A stretch of DNA of 64,000 nt, taken from NCBI GenBank assembly GCA_963674785.1, contig OY771555.1:288001-352000 (forward strand), in the 5' to 3' direction. A program made the position numbers and the translations under genes. The DNA comes from Caldisericia bacterium. GTDB taxonomy: Bacteria > Caldisericota > Caldisericia > JAAYUI01. A model generated the notes under the pieces. The model was not told the DNA's origin. It did no database searches and saw only the letters and a list, made by a program, of their open reading frames with translations. Shown in pieces: positions 47,415 through 57,195 of the stretch (positions within the stretch are counted from its first letter, which is position 1; each line of letters opens with the position of its first letter).

Positions 47415-48103
47415 GTGGCACACTCTATATATGCTCGACCCCAATTGGAAATCTAGATGACGCATCCCCAAGACTCATAGAAACATTATCTAAATCGTCA
47501 TTGATTCTTGCAGAGGATACAAGAAGAACTCAGAAACTTCTTTCCAAATTTGGTCTTCATGTTCAACTCGAATCATTTTTTGAACATAATGAGAGAATCA
47601 AAGCCGACAAGGTTTTATCGATTCTTGCTGGTGGTTCTGATGTCTCTCTGGTTTCTGATGCCGGTGTACCAACAATTGCAGACCCAGGACAACACCTTGT
47701 TGATATGGCAAGAAACAATGGATATGATGTAATCCCAATCCCTGGCCCATCTGCAATAATGGCAGCCCTTTCTGTTTCTGGATTCTTTGCTCAGACATTC
47801 ACGTTTAGAAATTTCCTTCCCAGAAAAAAAGGTGCGATGACAAAGGTCATCGAAGAAATTGCTGCTGAAAAAAGGACAACTGTTATCCTTGAATCCCCCC
47901 AAAGGCTTTCAAAACTGCTTGAGGTCATCAATCTCATAATGCCAACATGTATGGTCTTTGTTGGGCGCGAGATGACCAAAAAACACGAAGAATACCTCAG
48001 AGGAACTCCAAAAAAATTGCTTGATGAAATCGGTGGAAGGGTACTGAAGGGCGAAATCACGGTCGTAATTGGTTTTGACCCACTTCTTGATTCAGATGAT
48101 TAA
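47411..48103 (+). CDS. rsmI: 16S rRNA (cytidine1402-2'-O)-methyltransferase
   Basis: LYICSTPIGNL, AEDTR, VSDAGVPTIADPG, REMTKKHEE. Confidence 0.95.
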   Translation: MSGTLYICSTPIGNLDDASPRLIETLSKSSLILAEDTRRTQKLLSKFGLHVQLESFFEHNERIKADKVLSILAGGSDVSLVSDAGVPTIADPGQHLVDMARNNGYDVIPIPGPSAIMAALSVSGFFAQTFTFRNFLPRKKGAMTKVIEEIAAEKRTTVILESPQRLSKLLEVINLIMPTCMVFVGREMTKKHEEYLRGTPKKLLDEIGGRVLKGEITVVIGFDPLLDSDD

Positions 48104-49598
48104 AATCCTCCATACTGCAGACCTGCATCTTGGAGTTGAAACATATGGAAAAACTGATGCGGGGGGAATAAACAGTAGAATCCTTGATTATCTCGTGATG
48201 CTTGATGAGTTGGTCGAAAATGCAATCTCCCAAAATTATGATGTTTTCCTGATTGCAGGCGATGTTTTTGAAAACGAAAGACCAAAAAACTTTGTGGTGT
48301 CAGAGTTTTCAAAAAGAATCAGAACACTTCTTGATGCTGGAGTTGCCGTTGTCATCACTCCTGGCAATCACGAAACAACCTCATCTGTACGTGTACCATC
48401 TGTTCTTGAGACAATAAAAGCACTTGAACCCACAAGCCACACCGGAATCAATATCGCTTGTCACGTTTTAGGAAGACAACCCGAGTTTCCAGGAGACACA
48501 GAAACACTTGGTGATATAAGCATAATTGACACTAAGTCTGGTAAACTCCAGATTCTTGCAATGCCATATCCAAGACGCTCCGAACTTTTGACCGCATCTG
48601 AACTTAAAAATTCAAAAAGGGATGAAGGGAAAAACCTCGCAAGCAAAAGATTCCTTGATAGGATTAATGAGCTTTCGGATTCAGCCGAAAGCAAACTACC
48701 CTCTATTTTTGTTGGTCATTTTGGTTTAAAAGAGGCACACATGCAACCAGGGAGAATGGGTTATCTTGCAGAAGATGTTGTACTCTCACTCTATGATCTG
48801 ATAATTGCACTTGATGACGGAGACGCAAAATTCTCATACATCGCCCTCGGTCACTATCATAACCCTCAGATGCCAACAACAAATCTTTCACCATCAATTA
48901 CATCGGAAAACCTTGATGGTGAAGAGGACTCAAGACTTGGGATAATTCCTTGTCAGGCGTGGGAAAAGGATTTCTCAGAATCAATTCTCAAACCTGATGA
49001 TTCACTTTTTGATGAAAGAAAAAAACCAGTGCGGCTAATCAAAACAGCTTATTCAGGATCACCTGGAAGGAAAGATTTCACAGATGGTTCAAGGGTCAGA
49101 AATTTTATCGAACTGAATGTCGATTCTGACACGAGTTGGGGTAGATGCAGAAAACTTACAAAATCAAGGCAACTTCGCCAATTAACGCTTCAAAAACCAG
49201 AAAACTACAAGGAAGAGCTTGAAGAAAAATTCTTTTCATCAAACTTCTGGAGTGATATTTACGTTGCCGGCACAAACTCAGAAACACCTGAGGAAACCGA
49301 AGAAAAAATCGGCTTTCCCCTGCCGATCTTCAGACTGAAAATCCCAGAAAGTGCAAGACGTGAATGGGATTTAATCAAGTTCTGGCTTGTTTCTCTTAAT
49401 ATGTTTCAAAGGGTTCTGGTATACATCATTCCTGATGAAAAAAAAGTTTCCAGAGGGGAGATAATCCCAACATCTGAATCTCCAGTTTCAGCAATCAGTA
49501 AATATATTGATAATCTGGATGATGATTTTTCCAAAAAAAACAAGGGCAAAATTTTGGAACTGGCACAGGAAATCCTTGTTAGGGCAGGTGGCGATTGA
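48096..49598 (+). CDS. sbcD: SbcD/Mre11 nuclease subunit
   Basis: HTADLHLG, AGDVF, PGNHE, ALGHYH, YSGSP; overlaps sbcC. Confidence 0.9.
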   Translation: MIKILHTADLHLGVETYGKTDAGGINSRILDYLVMLDELVENAISQNYDVFLIAGDVFENERPKNFVVSEFSKRIRTLLDAGVAVVITPGNHETTSSVRVPSVLETIKALEPTSHTGINIACHVLGRQPEFPGDTETLGDISIIDTKSGKLQILAMPYPRRSELLTASELKNSKRDEGKNLASKRFLDRINELSDSAESKLPSIFVGHFGLKEAHMQPGRMGYLAEDVVLSLYDLIIALDDGDAKFSYIALGHYHNPQMPTTNLSPSITSENLDGEEDSRLGIIPCQAWEKDFSESILKPDDSLFDERKKPVRLIKTAYSGSPGRKDFTDGSRVRNFIELNVDSDTSWGRCRKLTKSRQLRQLTLQKPENYKEELEEKFFSSNFWSDIYVAGTNSETPEETEEKIGFPLPIFRLKIPESARREWDLIKFWLVSLNMFQRVLVYIIPDEKKVSRGEIIPTSESPVSAISKYIDNLDDDFSKKNKGKILELAQEILVRAGGD

Positions 49599-52498
49599 TA
49601 CCCATTAGGCTTGAAATAACAGATTTTCTTTCCTACAGAGGATTTCACGCACTCGACCTATCTGGAATTCATGTTGCCTCAATTGTTGGAACAAATGGTT
49701 CGGGAAAATCAGCACTTCTTGATGCAATCTCCTGGGTACTTTTCGGAAAATCGCGTGAACACAATATCACTGGTCGAAAAACAAATAAACAGCGTGATGC
49801 AGTAATAAATGACTACGCAGACTCCTGTGAGGTCAGTCTTGAGTTCATGGTTGAAGGAAACAGATTTCTTGTCAACCGTGCAATTGACAGAGGCAAGAGT
49901 GGCTGGCGAGTTCAATTCAAAAGACTCACACAGTCTGGGGAAGAAAACATCAAAGACAAAGGGAACATCGACTCACTCATTGAAAAAGAGCTTGGTATAA
50001 CATTCGATGTTTTTTTCTCATCATCCTTTATCACACAAGGTGACAGTTCAAGATTCATGGAGGCATCGGTTTCCGGAAGACTTGAGGTTTTATCTGAAAT
50101 TCTCGATCTTTCGATTTACGAGAAGTGTCTTGATGAGACCAAAAAATCATACAGAGAAACAGAAAACCAAATCAAGTTTTTGACTCATAAAATATCTGAC
50201 CTGAAAGCTGAATCTGAAAAAATCCCCGAGATTCAAAAAAACCTTCAGGAAGCCACAAACAAATCAGAGGAACTGAATAAAAAACGTGATGAGTCTGCAG
50301 AAAAAATCAAACAGGTTAATCAACAAATCACAGAAATTGACTTCAAAATAAAGATTCTAAATGACAAAAAATCGGAACTTGAGAAGGCAAAAAGAAACCT
50401 GGATGACCTCATGAAACAACTTGAAATTCTGGAAATTGAAATCATCAAACAACAGCAATTGATAGAAAAATCAAATGAGATTGAGGAGGGCTTTAAGAAA
50501 TATCAAAACATCCAAAAAACACTCGACATCGAAAATGAAAAGAAACTAGTTCATGAGAAGCTAACCTCAGAAATCCAAAAACTCGAGTCAGAAATCAAGC
50601 TTGAAAAAACAAGACTAAAAGCTGAGTTTGATAATGCTACCAAAAATCTTGAGCAGGTGAAGACATTTATCTCAGAAAACATCGATGCTGAAAACATGAT
50701 AAAAACTGTATCTGATGAAAAAAGCAAACTCTCTGAAATCACAGCTGAAATAAGCAAAATCGAAGCGAAGATTAATGAATCTAAGATAAAAATAGCACCA
50801 CTACAAGATTCAATCACAAAAACCAAAGCAAAAATAATCAAAACAAAAGATGAAGTAGGGATACACGAATCATCTGAATTAGAATCTGAGTTTGAATTCC
50901 TTTTAGGTGAGTACCCAAATAAAATTCGTCAAATCCAAGATAATCTTGAAAAAAGCAAATCTGAGCAACTCAGAATTTCTGAAAAGATCACAGGTAACAA
51001 AACCACAATAAACCATATTCAAAGCGAACTTGAGATGCTAAAAACCGGTGAGGGTGGAGTTTGTCCCCTTTGTGGTTCTGAATTATCATCTGAAAAATCA
51101 GATGACATTGAATCAGAAAAATCTGCTAAACTCATGGAACTCAAACAAGAAATAGCTGAATTAACCACAAAAAGTAATGACCTGAATAAGGACATCAGAA
51201 GTCTTGAATCATCACAAAAAATTCTTGAAAAAAGACACTCTAAGCTTCCACTCATAAGGCAAATTATCGAGATGGGTTCTCAATTGGAAGATAGCCAAAA
51301 TGAGCTTGAAGAGGAAAATAAGAATCTTAAAACAGTTGAACAAAAGCTCGAATCAATCAAATCAGAAAACAGAGAGCTTATTACCAAAAAAGATAAGATT
51401 GAGTCAGAGTTTTTGAGACTCTCAGGTGTGATTCAAAACCTTGAGTCAAAAAAGATAGAAAAAGATAAGGTCACTGAAACCTTCGAGATTCTTGAAAACA
51501 AGCTAAAAAATGAAGAGTTCTGCACAGGTGAGAAAAAGAAACTTAAAGGTTTGAAAATCCAGCTTGAGGAAAACTCATTTGATGCTGGTGCATATCAACA
51601 AATCCTGTCTGATGAAAAAAAATATCGAGAGTTTCAGCAGAAGATGAGCGAACTTGAGCTTGCTAAAGAAAAATCGGAAAGCATAAAAAAAGAAAAAGTA
51701 TCAATATCAAAAAGAATATCAGAATCGGAAGAAAAGATCGAAAACCTCACAGGAGAGCTGCAAAGCTTTGATGATGTCTTTTCAAAAAAGGCCGAACAAT
51801 TGGGCATCCTGAAATCTCTGACTGATGAAAACAACACCATCTTAAAGGAAAGAGATGAAGCAATAACAGCGGTTTCAGAACAAAAAACATTACTTGAAAA
51901 AGCAAAAAGTGCCGAGATAGAATCGGCAGAATCACAAAAGCTTTTTGAATCGCTGTCGATTGATTCTGAAATCCTTCAGAGATTGAAAGTAATGTTTGGA
52001 AGAGACGGTATACCAAATCAGATTCTTGAGGGGGTTGTCCCTCAGCTTGAAGAGGTTGCAAACGATATCCTTGAAAAAATCACAAAGGGTCGCCATAGCG
52101 GAGAGGCGATGAGGATGCAGTTTGAGCTCTCACGCGAGAGTGCAACTGGCAAGAGAAACACAGCTCTGGACATTATTCTTTCAGATGGTCAAAATGAAAG
52201 ACCATATGAGCTTTTCAGTGGTGGCGAGAGATTCCGCGCAGACTTTGCAATCCGTCTTGCCCTTTCGCATATCCTTTCAAGAAGGAGTGGTAGAAAACTC
52301 CGCCTTCTTGTTGTTGATGAGGGATTCGGTTCACAGGATTCTGAGGGGGTTTCGGCACTTGTTGATGCCATCCATGATGTCTCTCCCGACTTTGAAAAAA
52401 TCCTTGTTGTTTCACATGTTGATGAGATTAAGAATCATTTTGACAGGCAAATCCAAGTCTGGCGAGATGCGGATGGTTCACATTTTGAGTTGGTTTAA
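49595..52498 (+). CDS. sbcC: SbcC/Rad50 SMC-family ATPase
   Basis: Walker A GTNGSGKS, Q-loop ITQG, zinc hook CPLC, signature FSGGE, Walker B LVVDEGFGSQD. Confidence 0.93.
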   Translation: MIPIRLEITDFLSYRGFHALDLSGIHVASIVGTNGSGKSALLDAISWVLFGKSREHNITGRKTNKQRDAVINDYADSCEVSLEFMVEGNRFLVNRAIDRGKSGWRVQFKRLTQSGEENIKDKGNIDSLIEKELGITFDVFFSSSFITQGDSSRFMEASVSGRLEVLSEILDLSIYEKCLDETKKSYRETENQIKFLTHKISDLKAESEKIPEIQKNLQEATNKSEELNKKRDESAEKIKQVNQQITEIDFKIKILNDKKSELEKAKRNLDDLMKQLEILEIEIIKQQQLIEKSNEIEEGFKKYQNIQKTLDIENEKKLVHEKLTSEIQKLESEIKLEKTRLKAEFDNATKNLEQVKTFISENIDAENMIKTVSDEKSKLSEITAEISKIEAKINESKIKIAPLQDSITKTKAKIIKTKDEVGIHESSELESEFEFLLGEYPNKIRQIQDNLEKSKSEQLRISEKITGNKTTINHIQSELEMLKTGEGGVCPLCGSELSSEKSDDIESEKSAKLMELKQEIAELTTKSNDLNKDIRSLESSQKILEKRHSKLPLIRQIIEMGSQLEDSQNELEEENKNLKTVEQKLESIKSENRELITKKDKIESEFLRLSGVIQNLESKKIEKDKVTETFEILENKLKNEEFCTGEKKKLKGLKIQLEENSFDAGAYQQILSDEKKYREFQQKMSELELAKEKSESIKKEKVSISKRISESEEKIENLTGELQSFDDVFSKKAEQLGILKSLTDENNTILKERDEAITAVSEQKTLLEKAKSAEIESAESQKLFESLSIDSEILQRLKVMFGRDGIPNQILEGVVPQLEEVANDILEKITKGRHSGEAMRMQFELSRESATGKRNTALDIILSDGQNERPYELFSGGERFRADFAIRLALSHILSRRSGRKLRLLVVDEGFGSQDSEGVSALVDAIHDVSPDFEKILVVSHVDEIKNHFDRQIQVWRDADGSHFELV

Positions 52499-52534
52499 GT
52501 CAGACAGCCAAATATCATCAACCACAACAAAAAT

Positions 52535-52562
52535 TTGACAGTCAAAACATTAACCGTAAAAT
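52535..52562 (+). promoter_or_regulatory. Sigma70 promoter of 52582..54378
   Basis: TTGACA-16-TAAAAT followed by a GGAGG RBS. Confidence 0.65.
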
Positions 52563-52581
52563 TTCCTGTGGAGGAGCAGAC

Positions 52582-54378
52582 ATGTACAAAAAAGATGGGA
52601 TTAGTTTTTTCAGTTCAAAGGTTTTGAGGGTTTTCTTTATTATTGTTTTCGCTTTTATTCTTCTGACACCTCAAAACACAACAACAAATGCAAGAGCATC
52701 AAGCACCCAAATGGCGTTAAACCTTCATGTGATCATAAATCCTGATTCAGTCACTTTAAAATGGGATGATGTATATCCTGATTATTGGTATGTTCCTGAG
52801 AAAGAAATTGGTGAACTAGGGTTTTTTCCTCTAGTTGATATCCCCATAAGAGAAGATGAATTTGAATATAATGATTATGGTAGATATACATGTTTCAGAC
52901 TTCGAGTAGTAGATAGGGAATACAATGAGATAGCCATCACTGATGAAAAGGTATGTGCATGGAGGGATGAAGAGAATCCGCTACCAAACACTTACGATAT
53001 AGAAGAGGATGGTGACTGCAGATGTCTTCTTGTGTTGTCTTATCAAATTGGAACAAAACATGCAAATGCTTATATGGGTGAAGAAGAGCGATATTTAGAA
53101 TCCAGAGAAAATCCACCAGTCTTAGAAAATGGTAGTCTTTCCTGGGTTCCAGACGGTCACAGGATAAATCGTGAGCCAATCATCAAAAATGGAAGAGTGT
53201 TTGTTGAAGCAGAAGATGTTCTTAAATTCACTCCAAACTCAAGCTGGCAATTGAATGAGGAAGAACAGATGTTTTCGATGTCAATCCCAAAGACAATGTA
53301 TCCACAATATCACCCATACACTGATGACACTAAACCATTCCATTACACAACGGTTGAATTGAAAATAGGCAAAGATGTAGCACTTATAGATGGTAGACCC
53401 CAACCTATTGACTGGGTCGATAATGATGTTACATCATATATTGAAAAAGACGATGATGGTATCGATCATCTAATGGTTCCGCTCAGGTTTATGGCAGAAA
53501 TAACTGGCGCAAAAGATATTGTGTGGCTTCCTGAATATAAAATTCCAATGATCACATATGATGTAAATGACTGTGGTTGTCAGATAGAAGGAAGAAATAA
53601 TGACGATCCAAATACCTATGATAATTGGGATGTTGAACTTACCAATATAAAGATTGATGGTGAACCAGCTGATTCAAGTTACTTTTCAACAGATGGGTCT
53701 GTTCCTGATGAAATACTCAAAAGCACTACATCTGTTTCCATGGATTTCTCAATTATCAATAATAACGAGCGTCCGATAACATTCACCGTAAAAACACCAG
53801 ACATTGAAACAATATGCACTGATCCTGATAATATTGACCCAAATAATCTTGATCCAATAATTGTGAAACCTGGAGAAAAATCTAATCCGATAAATCTTAT
53901 GTTTGGAATAAATGATTGGCCAGATGAAAACATAAAAATATTACAATTCTCACTCGTCTATAAAAAGGGGGAATATATTGAAAAAGAAGGCACCATAAAA
54001 ACTGTTACAGTAAAAACTGGAAAGTGTTGTTATGAAATGGACTATATGGTTGACATCAAGCTCCCTGATAGTCCATATTGTTTCAGCCCTGGAGATGAAG
54101 TCTCTGGAATAATTGAAATAAAGAACAATTGTTTTAGAGAAATTAGGATCAGACTCATACCTTCTAAACACATCACAAAACATAGTCTCCCAGATAATAT
54201 AATTGAACTTGGCTCAGAACCATATACCAGTACAGAAATTCCATTATTGTTTACTGTCCCTGACAATATCAGTAGTGAAGAAACGTTTCAATATCTAAGG
54301 GTTATTCAGATTGATAAAGATGGTAATGATATTGATGATTGTGAAGAGAAATTTTGGTTGAGGTATTGCGAGGAATAA
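52582..54378 (+). CDS. Secreted copper amine oxidase N-terminal (stalk) domain protein with Ig-like modules
   Basis: Signal/TM segment; PIIKNGRVFV, ELKIGKDVALIDG, LMVPLRFMAEITGA. Confidence 0.8.
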   Translation: MYKKDGISFFSSKVLRVFFIIVFAFILLTPQNTTTNARASSTQMALNLHVIINPDSVTLKWDDVYPDYWYVPEKEIGELGFFPLVDIPIREDEFEYNDYGRYTCFRLRVVDREYNEIAITDEKVCAWRDEENPLPNTYDIEEDGDCRCLLVLSYQIGTKHANAYMGEEERYLESRENPPVLENGSLSWVPDGHRINREPIIKNGRVFVEAEDVLKFTPNSSWQLNEEEQMFSMSIPKTMYPQYHPYTDDTKPFHYTTVELKIGKDVALIDGRPQPIDWVDNDVTSYIEKDDDGIDHLMVPLRFMAEITGAKDIVWLPEYKIPMITYDVNDCGCQIEGRNNDDPNTYDNWDVELTNIKIDGEPADSSYFSTDGSVPDEILKSTTSVSMDFSIINNNERPITFTVKTPDIETICTDPDNIDPNNLDPIIVKPGEKSNPINLMFGINDWPDENIKILQFSLVYKKGEYIEKEGTIKTVTVKTGKCCYEMDYMVDIKLPDSPYCFSPGDEVSGIIEIKNNCFREIRIRLIPSKHITKHSLPDNIIELGSEPYTSTEIPLLFTVPDNISSEETFQYLRVIQIDKDGNDIDDCEEKFWLRYCEE

Positions 54379-54389
54379 AAAACCACAAT

Positions 54390-54439
54390 AAATCAAAGTC
54401 TGGCGAGATGCAGACGGTTCACATTTTGAGTTTGTTTAG
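54390..54439 (+). pseudogene. Orphan diverged copy of the sbcC 3' end
   Basis: IKVWRDADGSHFEFV* versus IQVWRDADGSHFELV*; 45/50 nt identical to 52449-52498. Confidence 0.92.
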
Positions 54440-55038
54440 ATTCCTGACATCAATCCACCAAGAATAAAAACTGCAAAAACAGAAACAATTGAAAGTATCA
54501 CAAAGTTGAGCATAAATAATTCTCTGAATTTTTCCAACGAAAAACTATTTAAAACTCCACACCAGAAACAATAGACAGAAGCTGAAATAAGAGCAAACAA
54601 CCCGGATACAAGACTCCTGTTCCCTCTATCGGTAGCATTTTGAAAAAAATGATGTAGAAATGTCAAAGCAATACAGATCATAAGAAAAACTGAATTCAGA
54701 AGATATGAATAAAATAACTCCGGAATAATCTTGTATCTGTTTCTGAAGATTTTTATCACAAAAAAGAGAACTATGGAATTAACCAAAAGAACAATATTAC
54801 AAAAAAGCAAAAATTTCAGAGAATTGATTATAATTTCTCCTATTGGCAGATGATTATTTGGAGTCCAAACAACCAATCTTCGAGCAGTAACTATACCAAT
54901 AAAAACCATCATCAAAAGATTATCCCAGATAAAAGCATAAACAGTCATTAACCAATGATCTTTTTCTTTTGTTGCCCTTTGGATTGTTTCAAAAGGCTCT
55001 CTTAAAATTCCAAACACATATGAAAAAAATTTTCTCAT
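54436..55038 (-). CDS. Yip1-like membrane protein
   Basis: GILREPFETI N-terminal motif and about 5 TM helices; ATG 55038 overlaps the upstream ORF stop (ATGA). Confidence 0.7.
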   Translation of the reverse strand: MRKFFSYVFGILREPFETIQRATKEKDHWLMTVYAFIWDNLLMMVFIGIVTARRLVVWTPNNHLPIGEIIINSLKFLLFCNIVLLVNSIVLFFVIKIFRNRYKIIPELFYSYLLNSVFLMICIALTFLHHFFQNATDRGNRSLVSGLFALISASVYCFWCGVLNSFSLEKFRELFMLNFVILSIVSVFAVFILGGLMSGI

Positions 55039-55247
55039 TTTCTCTTCTTTTTCTCCCATCTTTTTTGTGGTTTTTTGTATTTCTTCCTTCCAGAAAGTGG
55101 ATAAAAGAATGCCATCAGAAATTTTGGAATGCCGTTCCAAAGCGAATCATATAACCTGTCATCAGTTTTGTTTGAGATATCACTATCATCATAATCAATT
55201 TTCTTCAATATCTTAGGCAATCTCAAAAGCGTTCTCAAAATTGACAT
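55035..55247 (-). CDS. Small basic hypothetical protein
   Basis: TTGACA-17-GAGAAT lies 7 nt before ATG 55247; its stop is coupled to the Yip1-like start. Confidence 0.45.
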   Translation of the reverse strand: MSILRTLLRLPKILKKIDYDDSDISNKTDDRLYDSLWNGIPKFLMAFFYPLSGRKKYKKPQKRWEKKKRK

Positions 55248-55385
55248 AATATTCATTCTCTACATTTTGAATATTGTTGTCAATTCTCGTTTTTTATGTT
55301 TGTATCAGAATTATCAACCGCTTGTCAACAAATCATCAATGACTATCATGGTAAATGAAACCTGTGGAGAAAGGAAAGATGAAAA

Positions 55386-56231
55386 ATGAATAATCTATCA
55401 ATTATGATTCAAGATATATTACAGAAGGCAAACCTGCCAAACTGGCTTGTTGGCGTGATCGTGCCTGTTTTAAATATTCTTGGGGCAGTTCTGATCTTGA
55501 TAATTGGATATTGGATTGCGGGAAAACTTGCACGAAGCGTCAAAAAAGCATGCGACAAAACCGACAGGATTGATGACACATTAACCCCACTTATTGTGCA
55601 GGTGGTGAGGTATGGGGTAATTATTGTAACAATAATCACTGTTCTTCAGATTTTTGGAATCGCAACAACAAGTATCATTGCTGTACTCGGTTCATTTGGT
55701 CTTGCTTTTGGTCTTGCACTCCAGGGTGCAATGACAAACATTGCATCAGGAATCATGATAATCACACTCCGACCATTTTCTGTTGGTGATACGGTTGAAG
55801 TTGGTGGAACCACAGGAAATGTTGAGCAGATTGGGCTTTTCTATACAAGAATGAGTACACTTGACGGGGTAAATGTTGTGATGCCCAATTCAAACATATG
55901 GGGTTCAGAGATAAAGAACTTCTCAAAGAATGAAGTAAGAAGGATGAATCTCACATTTGGAATTGGATATGAAGGCGACATCAACAAAGCATATGAGGTA
56001 ATCAACAGAATCTACAAAGATGAACCTCGAATCCTTGATGAACCAGCACCAACAGTGGCTGTAACAGAACTTGCGGACAGTTCAGTCAACATGATCGCTT
56101 ACGCCTGGACAAAACGTGAAGACTGGTGGGACACCCAGCTTGAGCTTGTAAAAACTGTCAAAGAGGCGTTTGATAAAGAGGGTCTGTCAATCCCATTCCC
56201 ACAGATGGATGTTCATATTATGAAGGAATAG
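55386..56231 (+). CDS. mscS: Small-conductance mechanosensitive channel
   Basis: GLALQGAMTNIASG, RPFSVGD, MPNS, IPFPQMDVH. Confidence 0.93.
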   Translation: MNNLSIMIQDILQKANLPNWLVGVIVPVLNILGAVLILIIGYWIAGKLARSVKKACDKTDRIDDTLTPLIVQVVRYGVIIVTIITVLQIFGIATTSIIAVLGSFGLAFGLALQGAMTNIASGIMIITLRPFSVGDTVEVGGTTGNVEQIGLFYTRMSTLDGVNVVMPNSNIWGSEIKNFSKNEVRRMNLTFGIGYEGDINKAYEVINRIYKDEPRILDEPAPTVAVTELADSSVNMIAYAWTKREDWWDTQLELVKTVKEAFDKEGLSIPFPQMDVHIMKE

Positions 56232-56388
56232 AATCAAAACACTCCCAGCAAAAATTAATCGATGTTTGGCAAAAATCATTTTGGTTTCACCCTCTATTTC
56301 ATTCTGCACTATCATGAAAACTGATTTGACCAGAAACAATAGAACCCTAGAATATGTAATACTGATAACAAATATTTGAGGTAGAGTT

Positions 56389-57195
56389 ATGGCGAAAAAG
56401 GGAAGAAAAAAATCAACCGGAGAAAAAAAGGTTCCAAGAGTAGAACAACTCAGACAAAACGAAAAACGAAGCAGACGCAATAGCTGGATGACATCTTTGA
56501 TAACAATAGGTGTTGTTATCCTATTATCGGTGTTTTGGTATATTACAAGCAACAATAATGGAAGTTGGAAATTTCAAAGCCAGTTTGATGCTTTCACGTG
56601 TGAGCTTCCAGATTCATGGGTAGATTATGATTTTGAAGAAACTCTTAAATTTGATGGAGCTCTCGGAAGAAACACTTCACATGCACATTTGTTTGCACCA
56701 AAGTCAGTTGATATTGGTATTGAAGATATCAACACAAACTCAGATGTTCCAACTCTAAAGGTAGACCCAGAATTCCTCGAAACACTTGAAAAAAACCAGG
56801 GTGGAAAAGCATCTCCCGCTCTAAACAAAGAGCTCGCAGACCAACTTAAAGGACAAATAGATATTTCTAAAGCGGATAGTGGACAACATGAGATTGACCT
56901 ATATCTAACAGTTCTCACAGCAGCAATCTTTTCCGATGAAAAATCAGAGGACGACATAAAAAGATACATTAACGGAATCGGCGGGATTGATGATCCAGTA
57001 GAATACTACCTCACAAAACTGGAGTCAGATGGCACAAAAATTCCAGGTGTAGAATACGGTTACTATAAACTTTTAGGTGACCACCCAACAGGCATCATCA
57101 AAACTGACAACTATACAATCATTTTTGACGGAATGCTTGCAGAAAAATACGAAAATGACTTCGTATCAATTTTTGAGTCAATCAAAATACCATGA
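56389..57195 (+). CDS. Single-TM hypothetical protein
   Basis: GAGGT RBS; basic N-terminus then TM helix; ATGA overlap with hutI. Confidence 0.75.
   Translation: MAKKGRKKSTGEKKVPRVEQLRQNEKRSRRNSWMTSLITIGVVILLSVFWYITSNNNGSWKFQSQFDAFTCELPDSWVDYDFEETLKFDGALGRNTSHAHLFAPKSVDIGIEDINTNSDVPTLKVDPEFLETLEKNQGGKASPALNKELADQLKGQIDISKADSGQHEIDLYLTVLTAAIFSDEKSEDDIKRYINGIGGIDDPVEYYLTKLESDGTKIPGVEYGYYKLLGDHPTGIIKTDNYTIIFDGMLAEKYENDFVSIFESIKIP

Noticed and set aside
49595-52498. SMC-type defence system (Wadjet or Lamassu)
   Set aside because: The Mre11-like partner, zinc hook and housekeeping context indicate ordinary SbcCD.
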